Below, piece after piece: positions 17,073 to 26,056 of a DNA stretch of 64,000 bases (its first letter is position 1; every line of letters begins with the position of its first letter). Where the stretch lies: positions 1-64,000 of the IMG/VR virus record IMGVR_UViG_3300044729_003839. One strand, written 5' to 3'. Position numbers and translations under genes: made by a program. The DNA comes from a virus. Below the pieces are notes generated by a model, which had not been told where the DNA came from, searched no databases, and worked only from the letters and a program-made list of their open reading frames with translations.

Positions 17073-17525
17073 GTGTATAGGCTTTTGACTGGGGTGTTTA
17101 TTTTGTCTTTAATTCCCAAACTTTCAATTTCCCCTGATGCGAGATTAACTGTGCTTGAGGAAAGGCTACAGGCTTTTGACGAGTTAAGTAGGCAAATGCT
17201 TTCAAAACTTGAGCAGGCAGTAGACAAGATCTCTGAATCGAATCAAAACATTTCCCGTATCCTGACCAGGCACGAAGAGCGGATTGATCGCTCGGCGGAG
17301 GCGAACAGTGCAACTTTAAAGATTATCGAAAGGACGGAGTCTGATCTAAAAGATAAGATTCAAAACCTAGAGACGTCGATTGAAGATTTAAAAAAGACGA
17401 GATGGATTTGGTTCGGAGTCGTAATCGCTGCAACTTTCTTTATTAACCAGTTCAATCTTTCACAGAAACTTTTTCACACCGAGCCGAATAACGCTTTGTA
17501 CACTTATGAGAGGGTTTTACCTTAG
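17073..17525 (+). CDS. Coiled-coil protein with C-terminal transmembrane helix (start uncertain)
   Basis: Heptad pattern, then WIWFGVVIAATFFI. Confidence 0.7.
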   Translation: MYRLLTGVFILSLIPKLSISPDARLTVLEERLQAFDELSRQMLSKLEQAVDKISESNQNISRILTRHEERIDRSAEANSATLKIIERTESDLKDKIQNLETSIEDLKKTRWIWFGVVIAATFFINQFNLSQKLFHTEPNNALYTYERVLP

Positions 17526-17667
17526 TCGCCTCGGGTGTACAATAGTCCATGTAATTGTTGATTTCCCCGGCCATTACTGTGTCTGGTTAGCAAAAGATCA
17601 CAAAGGGGCTTTAAGGGTTGTCGATTCTCGGTACGTGTGATAGACTATGGGCTGCTTAAAAACTTTC

Positions 17668-17799
17668 ATGGCCTTCTCAACCTTTTGGCAACGTCTTTTC
17701 CTGCTCCAACTGTTAAAGCGTCACTCCCCCGCCCTCGCCTTCGAAAATTACTGTAAACTGAATCCGTGGTGCCTTGAGGCCCGGATTTATGACGTCTGA
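17668..17799 (+). CDS. 43-aa CP12-like peptide (C-terminal motif only; not in ORF track)
   Basis: Ends FENYCKLNPWCLEARIYDV, like the CP12 tail YCxxNPxxxE(C/A)RxYD. Confidence 0.6.
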   Translation: MAFSTFWQRLFLLQLLKRHSPALAFENYCKLNPWCLEARIYDV

Positions 17800-18442
17800 C
17801 CAAGGGCCTTGGGCTTTTGTGGGGGATTTGCACGGCAGGGTCGAAGTCCTGGAGAGGATTTTGGCCCGAGACCCGTCCCTGCGCTATCATTATGTGTTTG
17901 TAGGCGACATTATACACCACAAGCCGTTTTTTCGGTTCACGAAGAGAACCTCGCCTGTAAAAATGCTTGCAAAAGTGTGTGAAATGGTTGACAAAGACCA
18001 AGCCACACTTATACTGGGTAATAACGAAAACTATATCCTTAAAAGCCTTGTAATGCCAGTAGAAGATATTCGCAAAAAGGAAGTAAAGTCTACTTTAAAA
18101 GCGTTGAGAGAGATAGACCTGCAGACACGGGTAAAATACATCTCGTTGTTGTCAAATGCGCCTTTGAGCCTGGAGCTGGGTGGCGAATTCCGGCTCGCAC
18201 ATGCCTATTATCCTCATGCCACGAGGGAAGTGACTCGTGAAACAGTATTGCACGGCCCAGGTTACGTGTGGTTCAGGGATAACGACCTGGCCAGGCACGG
18301 TATCCGAGACGATTACAAGTATTTCTTCGGCCATTACGGGTACCCTTACCGGCGTAAGAACGTCTCGATAATCGATGCGACCTCTCTTGAAGCGGTAGGT
18401 GTTTATTACACCGATCGCGATGAATTTCTTGTCTACTACTGA
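17789..18442 (+). CDS. Calcineurin-like metallophosphoesterase
   Basis: VGDLHG, VGDIIH, LGNNE, AHA, FGH motifs. Confidence 0.85.
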   Translation: MTSDQGPWAFVGDLHGRVEVLERILARDPSLRYHYVFVGDIIHHKPFFRFTKRTSPVKMLAKVCEMVDKDQATLILGNNENYILKSLVMPVEDIRKKEVKSTLKALREIDLQTRVKYISLLSNAPLSLELGGEFRLAHAYYPHATREVTRETVLHGPGYVWFRDNDLARHGIRDDYKYFFGHYGYPYRRKNVSIIDATSLEAVGVYYTDRDEFLVYY

Positions 18443-18448
18443 TCTCAA

Positions 18449-21202
18449 ATGACTGTTAATTCACTTGGTTATTCCATCCTGCCCGAGGAAATGGCGTTCA
18501 AGGCGTTTGGGCGTAAGGCGGTCGAGAACTATGCCCCAGACTTGTGCGGGGATTGGAAAGGCGGCCAGCCCAAGATCGCCGAGATTATGGAAGAGATGGA
18601 GAAGTTTGGCGTAGAGTTTCCCGTCAAAAACCCGCAAATATTCACTTCGTTGCCAGAGTTTTTTCTCCCCGACCTAGAAGGTGAAGACATTGCACAGCAT
18701 TTTAAAAGCATAAGCGAAGGGATTGTAAAGGACAAAGCTCAACTCCTTAAGAAGTTTGCTGCGATAGAAGCTGTTTCTCCACCCCCATCCTCGTACATTG
18801 TGTACACCCCGGGCTGGGTACGCTACACTTTAAGGGATGAGGTGTGGGAGATTGATATTTTAAACGAGAGGGGATTGGAAGGCGAGGAGATCGCGATTTT
18901 CGACTGCGAAACATTCGTCAAAGGTTCGCACTTTGGTCATCCGGTGCTCGCCACGGCCCTCGGCATGTCCGGCTCGTATTATGTGTGGATGCATGAGTCG
19001 TTTGTGGACCCGGAAATACCGTATATGCCCAAGCTTGTAAAGCTTGGCACCAAGAACTCGTTACTAATCGCGCATAACGTGGGGTTTGACCGGCAACGCA
19101 CTCAAGAGGCGTATATTCTTGAACATAATCCTTATGACAAGCAGAATCCGACAGGAAACTTATGGTTTGACACCATGTCCGCTCATATTAACGTCAGCGG
19201 ACTTGCCTCCGAGCAACGTTTCTGGTTCACCCAGTCCAAGGATAAGTCGTTCAAATGGGTTACTGAACCGGGTTGGGTAAAGTACGGCTCTTTGAATAAC
19301 CTGGTTGATGCGTATAACTTTCACTGTTCTCCTGACGTACCGGTAGAGAAAGAGTCTAAGAAGACGAGAGATTTGTTTGTCAAAGCAGGAAGTATGGCTG
19401 ACTTTTTGCCCGACAGAGACGAATTAGTTTCCTACGCCCTACGAGACGCGTATTTGACCTTCGAACTTTACTCCATAGTATCATTAAAATATCTTCAATC
19501 TAATCCGTCACTTACAACGTTGTGTGGGCATTTTGCCCAGACTTCGTCCGTCCTGCCTGTCACCGACAAATGGTATGACTGGGTCGAGTCGTGTGAAGAT
19601 GTTTGGAGCGAATCGATCAACCGGCAAAGCGAACTTCTGACCGAGCTTGCTGAACAAGCGCTTGAGGATTGGAAGAACGACGATGTAGATGTCGAGTCGG
19701 ATCCGTGGTTGTCACAGCTCGACTGGTCGGCTAACTACGCCCTTAAGAAGGATGGAAAGCCTAAGTCAGTCTGGTACGGTATCCCTAAATGGTATAGGGG
19801 GAATGCCGAGAACTGCAAAGAATTGAAGAAAATTGTGCTCAAGCCAATCACAACCAAGAGCAGATTAAGCCATATCCTGCTTCGGTTGAAATGGAAAGGC
19901 CAGCCGATTAAACACACAGATGACAAAGGATGGGTTTTTTGGGACGGAGAAAAATCGCAGTATGAACGCTTGCCCCATCCGAATGGGGAAGGTGTGAACG
20001 TAGGCGGCGTACTCAGCAAGGATTATCTTGACGATTTTGAATCTGGCAGGTTGTCAAGCGATTTACCGCAGGCTCAAGAACTTATTCGCCTCGCGATTAA
20101 AGTGAGTTACTGGACGTCGGTAAGAAGTCGTGTACTTGAGCAGTTACCGGTTTCCGCCTATGACGACAAAGAAACCACAATCATAATACCTCAAACTGTC
20201 CCTCATAACACTGTGAGCAACAGGGCGGGGGAGCATTTATGGTTGACAGTTCCTGATCCTAAGCCGGAAAAAATCGGCACGGAAGTTAAGACGAGAGTAC
20301 AGGTCAAGTCGCCTTATACATTCGTTTCTTCAGACTACGATGGCCAAGAAGCAGTAGTCGCGAGCATATTTGCCGATTCAAATTATAAAATCGCAGGCAG
20401 TACGCAGTACAGCCATAGCGTGCTTGCAGGTTCTAAAGATGACGGGACGGATATGCACAGTATGACCGCAAAGCGAATAGGGATTTCAAGGACAATCGCT
20501 AAAAACTGTAACTATGGCATGCTTTATGGGTCGGGGGCAAAAACACTCGCAAACACCATTCGCAAAGGAAACAAATCCATAAGCATGAAAGAAGCGACGG
20601 TGATGGGGCAAAAACTTATCAAAGCGAAGAAGGGCGAGAAGTCCCCTGGCGGCTCGGGCAAATATTTAAACGGCAGCGATTCTTACGCGTACAATGTAAT
20701 GGCGGAAATCGCCAACGAGATGATACCGGTCAACCCGTTGTCCGGCACGAAGATGTCAACCGCTTTTAGACCGATTAACGTGAGTAAAGATTTCTTTACA
20801 ATGCGCAATAACTGGGTTATTCAGTCTACAGGCAGCGCGATGTTACACGCCTTTTTAACGGGCATGGAATACCTCTTGCAAAAGTACAATGTAAAGGCGA
20901 GATTCTGCATGTCTGTACACGACAGCGTGTTGTTTATGTGCCACGAACGCGATGCGGATGTCGTATCTGCGTTGTACCAAATCGCCCATCTATGGTCATG
21001 GTCCTGGCTACGATTCAATTACGGTATATGTGAAATGCCGCATGCAAACGCCTGGTTTAGTAGTATCGAGGTGGATAAGATTTTCCGCAAATCTGCTAAT
21101 GCGAGCACTGTGACAGTGTCTCAGCCCCACCCAGAAGCCCCTGGACGCGCCCATACCATCACTTCCTTGGTCACTGTCCTTAACTCGCTTGAAACGTGCT
21201 AG
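18449..21202 (+). CDS. Family A DNA polymerase, mitochondrial Pol gamma-like
   Basis: Exo motifs FDCET, AHNVGFDR, YALRDA; Pol motifs DYDGQE, RTIAKNCNYGMLYG, SVHDS; POLG-type blocks DTMSAH..VSGL, SYWTSVRSRV, GTDMHS.TA..IGISR, NWVIQS. Confidence 0.92.
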   Translation: MTVNSLGYSILPEEMAFKAFGRKAVENYAPDLCGDWKGGQPKIAEIMEEMEKFGVEFPVKNPQIFTSLPEFFLPDLEGEDIAQHFKSISEGIVKDKAQLLKKFAAIEAVSPPPSSYIVYTPGWVRYTLRDEVWEIDILNERGLEGEEIAIFDCETFVKGSHFGHPVLATALGMSGSYYVWMHESFVDPEIPYMPKLVKLGTKNSLLIAHNVGFDRQRTQEAYILEHNPYDKQNPTGNLWFDTMSAHINVSGLASEQRFWFTQSKDKSFKWVTEPGWVKYGSLNNLVDAYNFHCSPDVPVEKESKKTRDLFVKAGSMADFLPDRDELVSYALRDAYLTFELYSIVSLKYLQSNPSLTTLCGHFAQTSSVLPVTDKWYDWVESCEDVWSESINRQSELLTELAEQALEDWKNDDVDVESDPWLSQLDWSANYALKKDGKPKSVWYGIPKWYRGNAENCKELKKIVLKPITTKSRLSHILLRLKWKGQPIKHTDDKGWVFWDGEKSQYERLPHPNGEGVNVGGVLSKDYLDDFESGRLSSDLPQAQELIRLAIKVSYWTSVRSRVLEQLPVSAYDDKETTIIIPQTVPHNTVSNRAGEHLWLTVPDPKPEKIGTEVKTRVQVKSPYTFVSSDYDGQEAVVASIFADSNYKIAGSTQYSHSVLAGSKDDGTDMHSMTAKRIGISRTIAKNCNYGMLYGSGAKTLANTIRKGNKSISMKEATVMGQKLIKAKKGEKSPGGSGKYLNGSDSYAYNVMAEIANEMIPVNPLSGTKMSTAFRPINVSKDFFTMRNNWVIQSTGSAMLHAFLTGMEYLLQKYNVKARFCMSVHDSVLFMCHERDADVVSALYQIAHLWSWSWLRFNYGICEMPHANAWFSSIEVDKIFRKSANASTVTVSQPHPEAPGRAHTITSLVTVLNSLETC

Positions 21203-21232
21203 AGTGGACGCTGAGCACCTCTCACGAAGCAA

Positions 21233-21490
21233 ATGCCCGCCCTCCCCTTCCCCTCGCTGTTGACCGAGACAGAGGATTTGTCCGAAGTCTTTGAGTCGTG
21301 CGATACCTCGGGTGTGACGTATATCGACGGCTTGATCCTTTCTTATCGGCCGGATTGCGATCCGGAGTCGGAAGAATTCCAGTCCGTCCGTTTCCTTTAC
21401 CAGGTGTTGGTCGATGATGGCCAGATGACGGACAAAGAGGCTGTCACTTTGATCGATAATAGCTTCTTGTCTTTTGTAGAGGAGGAGTAA
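21233..21490 (+). CDS. Acidic hypothetical protein
   Basis: 85-aa ORF coupled to next gene. Confidence 0.6.
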   Translation: MPALPFPSLLTETEDLSEVFESCDTSGVTYIDGLILSYRPDCDPESEEFQSVRFLYQVLVDDGQMTDKEAVTLIDNSFLSFVEEE

Positions 21491-21801
21491 TGGGTAAAGA
21501 CAAGTTCCCTCACAAGATCGGCGTTACTGATGAGTTAAAAAAACAGCTAGATAAAGATGCGGCATTGCTCGATCTTAATGACTGGATTGATGCCGATAAC
21601 ATGGGTTCAGATCTCGTAATAAAATACGCTGAATCCCACGTCAAAGGCAAAACCTCGGTTCTTTTTTGTACACCGGATGTTGCATCCTGTGTTGAAAATA
21701 ACCCGGCCTTTTTCGAGGCTCTGTGCCAAGAGGGAGTGATCGAATGGCTTACTCCCTTCGTACTCGGTAAATCTACTACACGACCTGAAAAAGGCCAATG
21801 A
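21490..21801 (+). CDS. Hypothetical protein
   Basis: GAGGAG RBS; 103 aa. Confidence 0.65.
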   Translation: MGKDKFPHKIGVTDELKKQLDKDAALLDLNDWIDADNMGSDLVIKYAESHVKGKTSVLFCTPDVASCVENNPAFFEALCQEGVIEWLTPFVLGKSTTRPEKGQ

Positions 21802-21974
21802 ACCCTGGTGACTACTCCCTCATAGCTTTCTTGATTTTCCTGGCACAGGCTAATGCCAAAGACCAAAAATTTTTGAATCGAATGGTGGTGATTTACTTTA
21901 TTCTTTCGGTTGCTTTTTTGGTTCGCAACATTATCCCTTCTCCTGCAGTCCATTATCCCCTTGCAGTTTTTTAA
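21798..21974 (+). CDS. 58-aa hydrophobic protein (not in ORF track)
   Basis: ATGA-coupled; MNPGDYSLIAFLIFL...VVIYFILSVAFLV. Confidence 0.45.
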   Translation: MNPGDYSLIAFLIFLAQANAKDQKFLNRMVVIYFILSVAFLVRNIIPSPAVHYPLAVF

Positions 21975-21984
21975 ACTTTCACCA

Positions 21985-22287
21985 ATGACTCCGGAAAAGT
22001 TCACCGAGTTGTTCAACTCCTGTTTGTGGGGAGCGTGGATAGTCGTTATCCTAGCCTGGTGCTTCGCTTTACTGAGTAAATCTATCCCCGAAAAAACAAG
22101 CGTAACAAATCAACGTTTGCGAAGATGGCAGGAAAACATTGCGCAAATAAAAGAAAGCAATGATCGGCTGGAGCGCAGCGCCTGGCGGCTCGGTAACAGG
22201 CAGGCTCGACTACCGCATCCTCCCCCTCCGGATGTGCTAGGATCCAAAGATCTGCAAGACAAACAAGGGGGCCAGGGATCGGCCTGA
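21985..22287 (+). CDS. Membrane-anchored hypothetical protein
   Basis: WGAWIVVILAWCFALL helix. Confidence 0.55.
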   Translation: MTPEKFTELFNSCLWGAWIVVILAWCFALLSKSIPEKTSVTNQRLRRWQENIAQIKESNDRLERSAWRLGNRQARLPHPPPPDVLGSKDLQDKQGGQGSA

Positions 22288-22382
22288 ATCCCCCGTCTTG
22301 TATGAAACCCTGCAAAGCCCTGGCTACGGTCAGGGCTTTGTGGTATTATTAAAAAGTAAGGGCAGGCCCTTTGGGTCGGAAC

Positions 22383-22408
22383 CGGGAGGTAGAGCCTCCC
22401 GTTTTATT
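22383..22408 (+). terminator. Rho-independent terminator-like hairpin
   Basis: CGGGAGG-TAGAG-CCTCCCG followed by TTTTATT. Confidence 0.55.
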
Positions 22409-22590
22409 GTGTGCTATAATATCGTGGCAGGATCCACTACCTGTACCGGATTTGCGCAGCAAATCCGAATCGTACCGCTTTCACGACACGTTGTGCTTGA
22501 GGTGCGTCCCGGATCCGGCCTTGTCGGGGTAACGCGGTTTATCCGTACCCGCCAATCGAGTCGTAATCCGGTGTCCTTTGCTCTATTCTA

Positions 22591-22959
22591 ATGCGTTTTT
22601 TAACCATTCCTCTCCTCTCCCTCGCCCTGCTGTCCGCTTTCCCCCTGCCTTCACACGCCCTAGCTCGTGTATGCGGCCGAGCATCGTTCTACGGCCTGGG
22701 AGACGGCTTCGCTGGCCGTACAACCGCCTCTGGGGAGACCATGCGCCCCAGCGCTATGACAACCGCGCACAGAACCCTCCCATTCGGTACCCGGCTTCTC
22801 GTCACTAACCGCTCGAATGGCAGCCAAGTCGTAGTCAGAGTCAACGATCGTGGGCCAGCAGTATTGGACAGAATTTTAGACCTCTCTGCTGGGGCCTTTG
22901 TTAGAATTGCCCCCCAAAGTTCCGGACTGGCCGACGTGTGCTTCTCAACCCTAAGCTGA
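22591..22959 (+). CDS. rlpA: RlpA-family lytic transglycosylase (DPBB fold) with signal peptide
   Basis: GRASFYG...GRTTASGE...TAHRTLPFGTRLLVTN...VRVNDRGP...RILDLS. Confidence 0.92.
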   Translation: MRFLTIPLLSLALLSAFPLPSHALARVCGRASFYGLGDGFAGRTTASGETMRPSAMTTAHRTLPFGTRLLVTNRSNGSQVVVRVNDRGPAVLDRILDLSAGAFVRIAPQSSGLADVCFSTLS

Positions 22960-23012
22960 GTATTTGCAGTCAAACCCTCTGATGTGTTAAAATTACACCA
23001 GGGGGTTTTATT

Positions 23013-23840
23013 ATGCCTAAAAAATTAACAGAATCAGAGTACGACTTAAGGTTATCTTCAATAGGAAAAGTCGTTAGGATAGGCCATTATGTTAATGGTA
23101 GTACCAAAATACTTCACAGGTGTTTAATACACAATGAAGTCTTGCAGGGCACACCTTCAGATTTACTGAACGGCCATGGTTTATATTGTTGCTGGAACGG
23201 GGGATTAAATAAACAAGCTAAGCTTAATTATGATAAAAAATTAAAAGAAACTGGAAACTTAGAAAGAGTAGAAGAGTACAAAACCAGCAGATTGCCTATT
23301 AAGCACAGGTGCCTTACTCACAATTTAGAATTTTTTATGCCCCCCAGGAGGGCATTAATGGGGAGAAAACCCCCGTGCTGCGTTGGAAATGGGAGAAAAT
23401 CCCTGTATTCCATGCTAATGAGCCCGGGAGAGTACGCCTCTTATTCTAAATCTTATGTTTATATTTACCAATTAAAAAATTACCCTAATTACTATAAGAT
23501 AGGGATATCTTATAATATAAAAACTCGCTCTGATGACCCTGAATATGGAGAACTTGTGTGCTGTTGGGAAAATAGCAGGATAAACACATTTTTAATTGAA
23601 CAAGCCAGCCTTTCTGATAATCTATTAAATAGAATTTGCCCAGAGGAGCTTATTAAAAGAAGCTGGCCTGGAAAAACAGAAGTAGTAAATAACAAAGAAA
23701 GCCTGGTAGTAGATGTTGTGCAATATTACGTTGACCAGTTAGAATATTTAGGCAAATTTGAGTTTATACTAAACTATTTAAATCCTAGCGAGGAGGAGAA
23801 AAGTATATGTCTAAACTTTAATAAACCCCGAGATCGATGA
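23013..23840 (+). CDS. Putative homing endonuclease (GIY-YIG-like), paralog of 8799-10004
   Basis: YVYIY...YYKIGIS; shares IEQAxL, CPEEL, WPGxTEV and EFILxYLNPS with 8799. Confidence 0.7.
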   Translation: MPKKLTESEYDLRLSSIGKVVRIGHYVNGSTKILHRCLIHNEVLQGTPSDLLNGHGLYCCWNGGLNKQAKLNYDKKLKETGNLERVEEYKTSRLPIKHRCLTHNLEFFMPPRRALMGRKPPCCVGNGRKSLYSMLMSPGEYASYSKSYVYIYQLKNYPNYYKIGISYNIKTRSDDPEYGELVCCWENSRINTFLIEQASLSDNLLNRICPEELIKRSWPGKTEVVNNKESLVVDVVQYYVDQLEYLGKFEFILNYLNPSEEEKSICLNFNKPRDR

Positions 23841-23940
23841 AGTTAACGACCGAGTGCTCGACCTGTCCTCCGGCGCCTTTACACAGATCGCACCAGCGAG
23901 TCAAGGCGTAGCGAATGTCTGCTACCGCCCTATTGCCTGA
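23839..23940 (+). pseudogene. Orphaned duplicate of the rlpA 3' end
   Basis: Translates EVNDRVLDLSSGAFTQIAPASQGVANVCYRPIA*, aligning to RlpA AVLDRILDLSAGAFVRIAPQSSGLADVCFSTLS*. Confidence 0.85.
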
Positions 23941-23963
23941 TTCTACATTTACAAGGGGGAGGA

Positions 23964-24440
23964 TCAGTCCTCCCCTTTTTCTTCGTCTTCGCCTTCGCCC
24001 TCCTCATCTTCATCGGCTTCTTTGCCGTCACTAACCTTAGTGACCGACCCGAGCAAATATTTGACTTTCGCCATATCTTCCATCAGACCTTCCACAAAGC
24101 TCAGAACGCCATACTGCTCGGCGTCATCCGCTTTGATGTGAAGTTTCTTCATCGAGTCGCACAGATCTTCCGTCACTTCGTAAAGCTCTTTCGCAAGATC
24201 TTCGCAAGTCGACCATTCAAGTTCGGGTACGTTGTGATAAATCTTGGCCGGAATCTCTACACCATGGCTTCTGGCCAGTTCGGCAGTCGCATCAATCTTT
24301 TCGCCAACTATTTCATACACCTTCTCAAACAGAAGATGGTACTGATAAAAGTTAGGTCCGTCAACATTAAAATGTGCGAGATGCGCAGCATGAGCAAGGT
24401 TGTTCTGTGCGGTAAGCAGGTCAATAAATTGTTCTTTCAT
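23964..24440 (-). CDS. dps: Dps / ferritin-like protein with acidic tail
   Basis: HLAHFNVDGPNFYQYHLLFEKVYE...IDATAE; ATG 24440; TGTATAAT upstream. Confidence 0.85.
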   Translation of the reverse strand: MKEQFIDLLTAQNNLAHAAHLAHFNVDGPNFYQYHLLFEKVYEIVGEKIDATAELARSHGVEIPAKIYHNVPELEWSTCEDLAKELYEVTEDLCDSMKKLHIKADDAEQYGVLSFVEGLMEDMAKVKYLLGSVTKVSDGKEADEDEEGEGEDEEKGED

Positions 24441-24465
24441 GGTGGGAGGAGGGGGTGGTGAGAAA

Positions 24466-25410
24466 TCAGGGGCTGGACTTCTCATTATACACCTTTGTAA
24501 GGCCGATATTAAGCTGCTGTCTGGCTGATTTACCCGGCTCGGTGTTGGGGACCGTGCCAATCTCGTTTCTCCAAAGGCCCGCATCGATTTTAAGCCTAAA
24601 CCAATCAGGGTAATCGCTTCCTGCCTTAATGCCCTCCGCTGTGCATTTCCAAAAATTATTCAAAGTGCCCGCCGTCACTTTAGAATTATCAATAGTGCCG
24701 TCTGGCCTTACTGCGGTTGACGGAATAAACACGTATTCAGCGTTCCCCGACCCCTCAGGTCCAATGCACTCCCAGTGCAATCTGTCACCAATAAGTCTGC
24801 CGCATCTCGAGTCCTCGACAACATATTTTTGCACCTGGCCGACACCTACTGTCCGCCTCCAAACCGCTAAGCCCGTTTGCCGATTATCAGCAGTAACGAG
24901 ACATTTACGTACGGGCAAGAAGTCCTCCACCTTAATAGGGTCGAAGGCTGCACAGGGTTGAGAATAGAATCTCGAATCCGCAATCAACACTTTGATGGTG
25001 TAGGTCTGCTCGTAGATGAACTGCGAGCCTTCTTTCGTGACTTGCACGAATTTTTCTGCCCCGAGTTCGAAGCCGGTTTGAAACTCGAGTCCCGGTATTT
25101 CTGGGACCCACCCGGTGACCGCATCGGCCAATAGGTCGAGAATAGGAAGGCAGAAAGAATGTCCTTCACGCTGTGCTTGCTTTTGTACAAGAGTCAACGT
25201 ATAGTTCATCTTCCTCATACGGACTGTCGGTATATACGCCCCTTCGTGGGGGTTTTCGGTGTCCGCACCCGTGAACGATACTATTATCATGGCTTGTTCT
25301 GCCACGCGGCCAGACTCATCGAGGCTCTCGGCGAGCCGGAGGACCACGGCGCTTTGCCCCAAAGTCTCGTGGACTTTTCTGTGAAGTTGATTCTCAATCT
25401 CGAGAAGCAT
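24466..25410 (-). CDS. Mu gp37-like tail completion protein with C-terminal extension
   Basis: Position among head-tail genes; LPILDLLADAVTGWVP pattern; late motif upstream. Confidence 0.55.
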   Translation of the reverse strand: MLLEIENQLHRKVHETLGQSAVVLRLAESLDESGRVAEQAMIIVSFTGADTENPHEGAYIPTVRMRKMNYTLTLVQKQAQREGHSFCLPILDLLADAVTGWVPEIPGLEFQTGFELGAEKFVQVTKEGSQFIYEQTYTIKVLIADSRFYSQPCAAFDPIKVEDFLPVRKCLVTADNRQTGLAVWRRTVGVGQVQKYVVEDSRCGRLIGDRLHWECIGPEGSGNAEYVFIPSTAVRPDGTIDNSKVTAGTLNNFWKCTAEGIKAGSDYPDWFRLKIDAGLWRNEIGTVPNTEPGKSARQQLNIGLTKVYNEKSSP

Positions 25411-25450
25411 GGCCTATAATAATGTCGCTAAGAGCTTTCAACACTTTTTT

Positions 25451-25669
25451 ATGGCAGACTCAAAAATTGTATGGCAGAATACACTGGACGGCAAATTCCA
25501 GTGCCAGGTCGAGGAGTACATGGAGACCTGGGGCTATCTCACAATGAGATTGATTGGGACGGGTGAGACGGTCTACACCAAAGCCGTGCCCATCTCGCGT
25601 TACTTCAAGGCGCAGGATGTGCTATGGTGGGGGAGGTATTGTATCGCGGCAGCCAGGAAGCTGCCATGA
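25451..25669 (+). CDS. Hypothetical protein
   Basis: Plausible 72-aa ORF divergent from 25410. Confidence 0.55.
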   Translation: MADSKIVWQNTLDGKFQCQVEEYMETWGYLTMRLIGTGETVYTKAVPISRYFKAQDVLWWGRYCIAAARKLP

Positions 25670-25670
25670 A

Positions 25671-26021
25671 TCAAAACTCTCCACCTGAGACATAATCAAG
25701 CAGTTCCCAGAACCCGGTCGTGTAGTCGTAGGCCAAGATGTCATCGGCTTGAGGCGACCGGGCAAAATTCACATCAGCCAAATCTTTTAACTTACGGGTA
25801 GCTTCAAGGTTGATAATGTATTGGCGAAGTTCGCTTGCCGATTGTTTGTAAGGTGTCGAGTCGGGGAACACACCAAATCCAGATTGATTCAGCCCGTACA
25901 ACGAACCGCTGTTCCATGAACAGTCGCTTGTTCCTTGATTGGGGAGAATGGTTAGCATACCCGCCCCACCCGGCATAGCCGGGTTCAAAGGATCATAGCC
26001 ATAATTTTGATTTTGCGACAT
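25671..26021 (-). CDS. Putative virion protein
   Basis: LKDLADVN...DILAYD..TGFW module; late motif upstream. Confidence 0.65.
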   Translation of the reverse strand: MSQNQNYGYDPLNPAMPGGAGMLTILPNQGTSDCSWNSGSLYGLNQSGFGVFPDSTPYKQSASELRQYIINLEATRKLKDLADVNFARSPQADDILAYDYTTGFWELLDYVSGGEF

Positions 26022-26056
26022 CCTTTAATATCCTACTAACTTACTAAGCTTTCAAC

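Noticed and set aside
22283-22590. c-di-AMP (ydaO) riboswitch upstream of rlpA
   Set aside because: Only fragments (CTGAATCC, GGAACCGGG) resemble it; the conserved CAGCTAAC 3' element is not seen.
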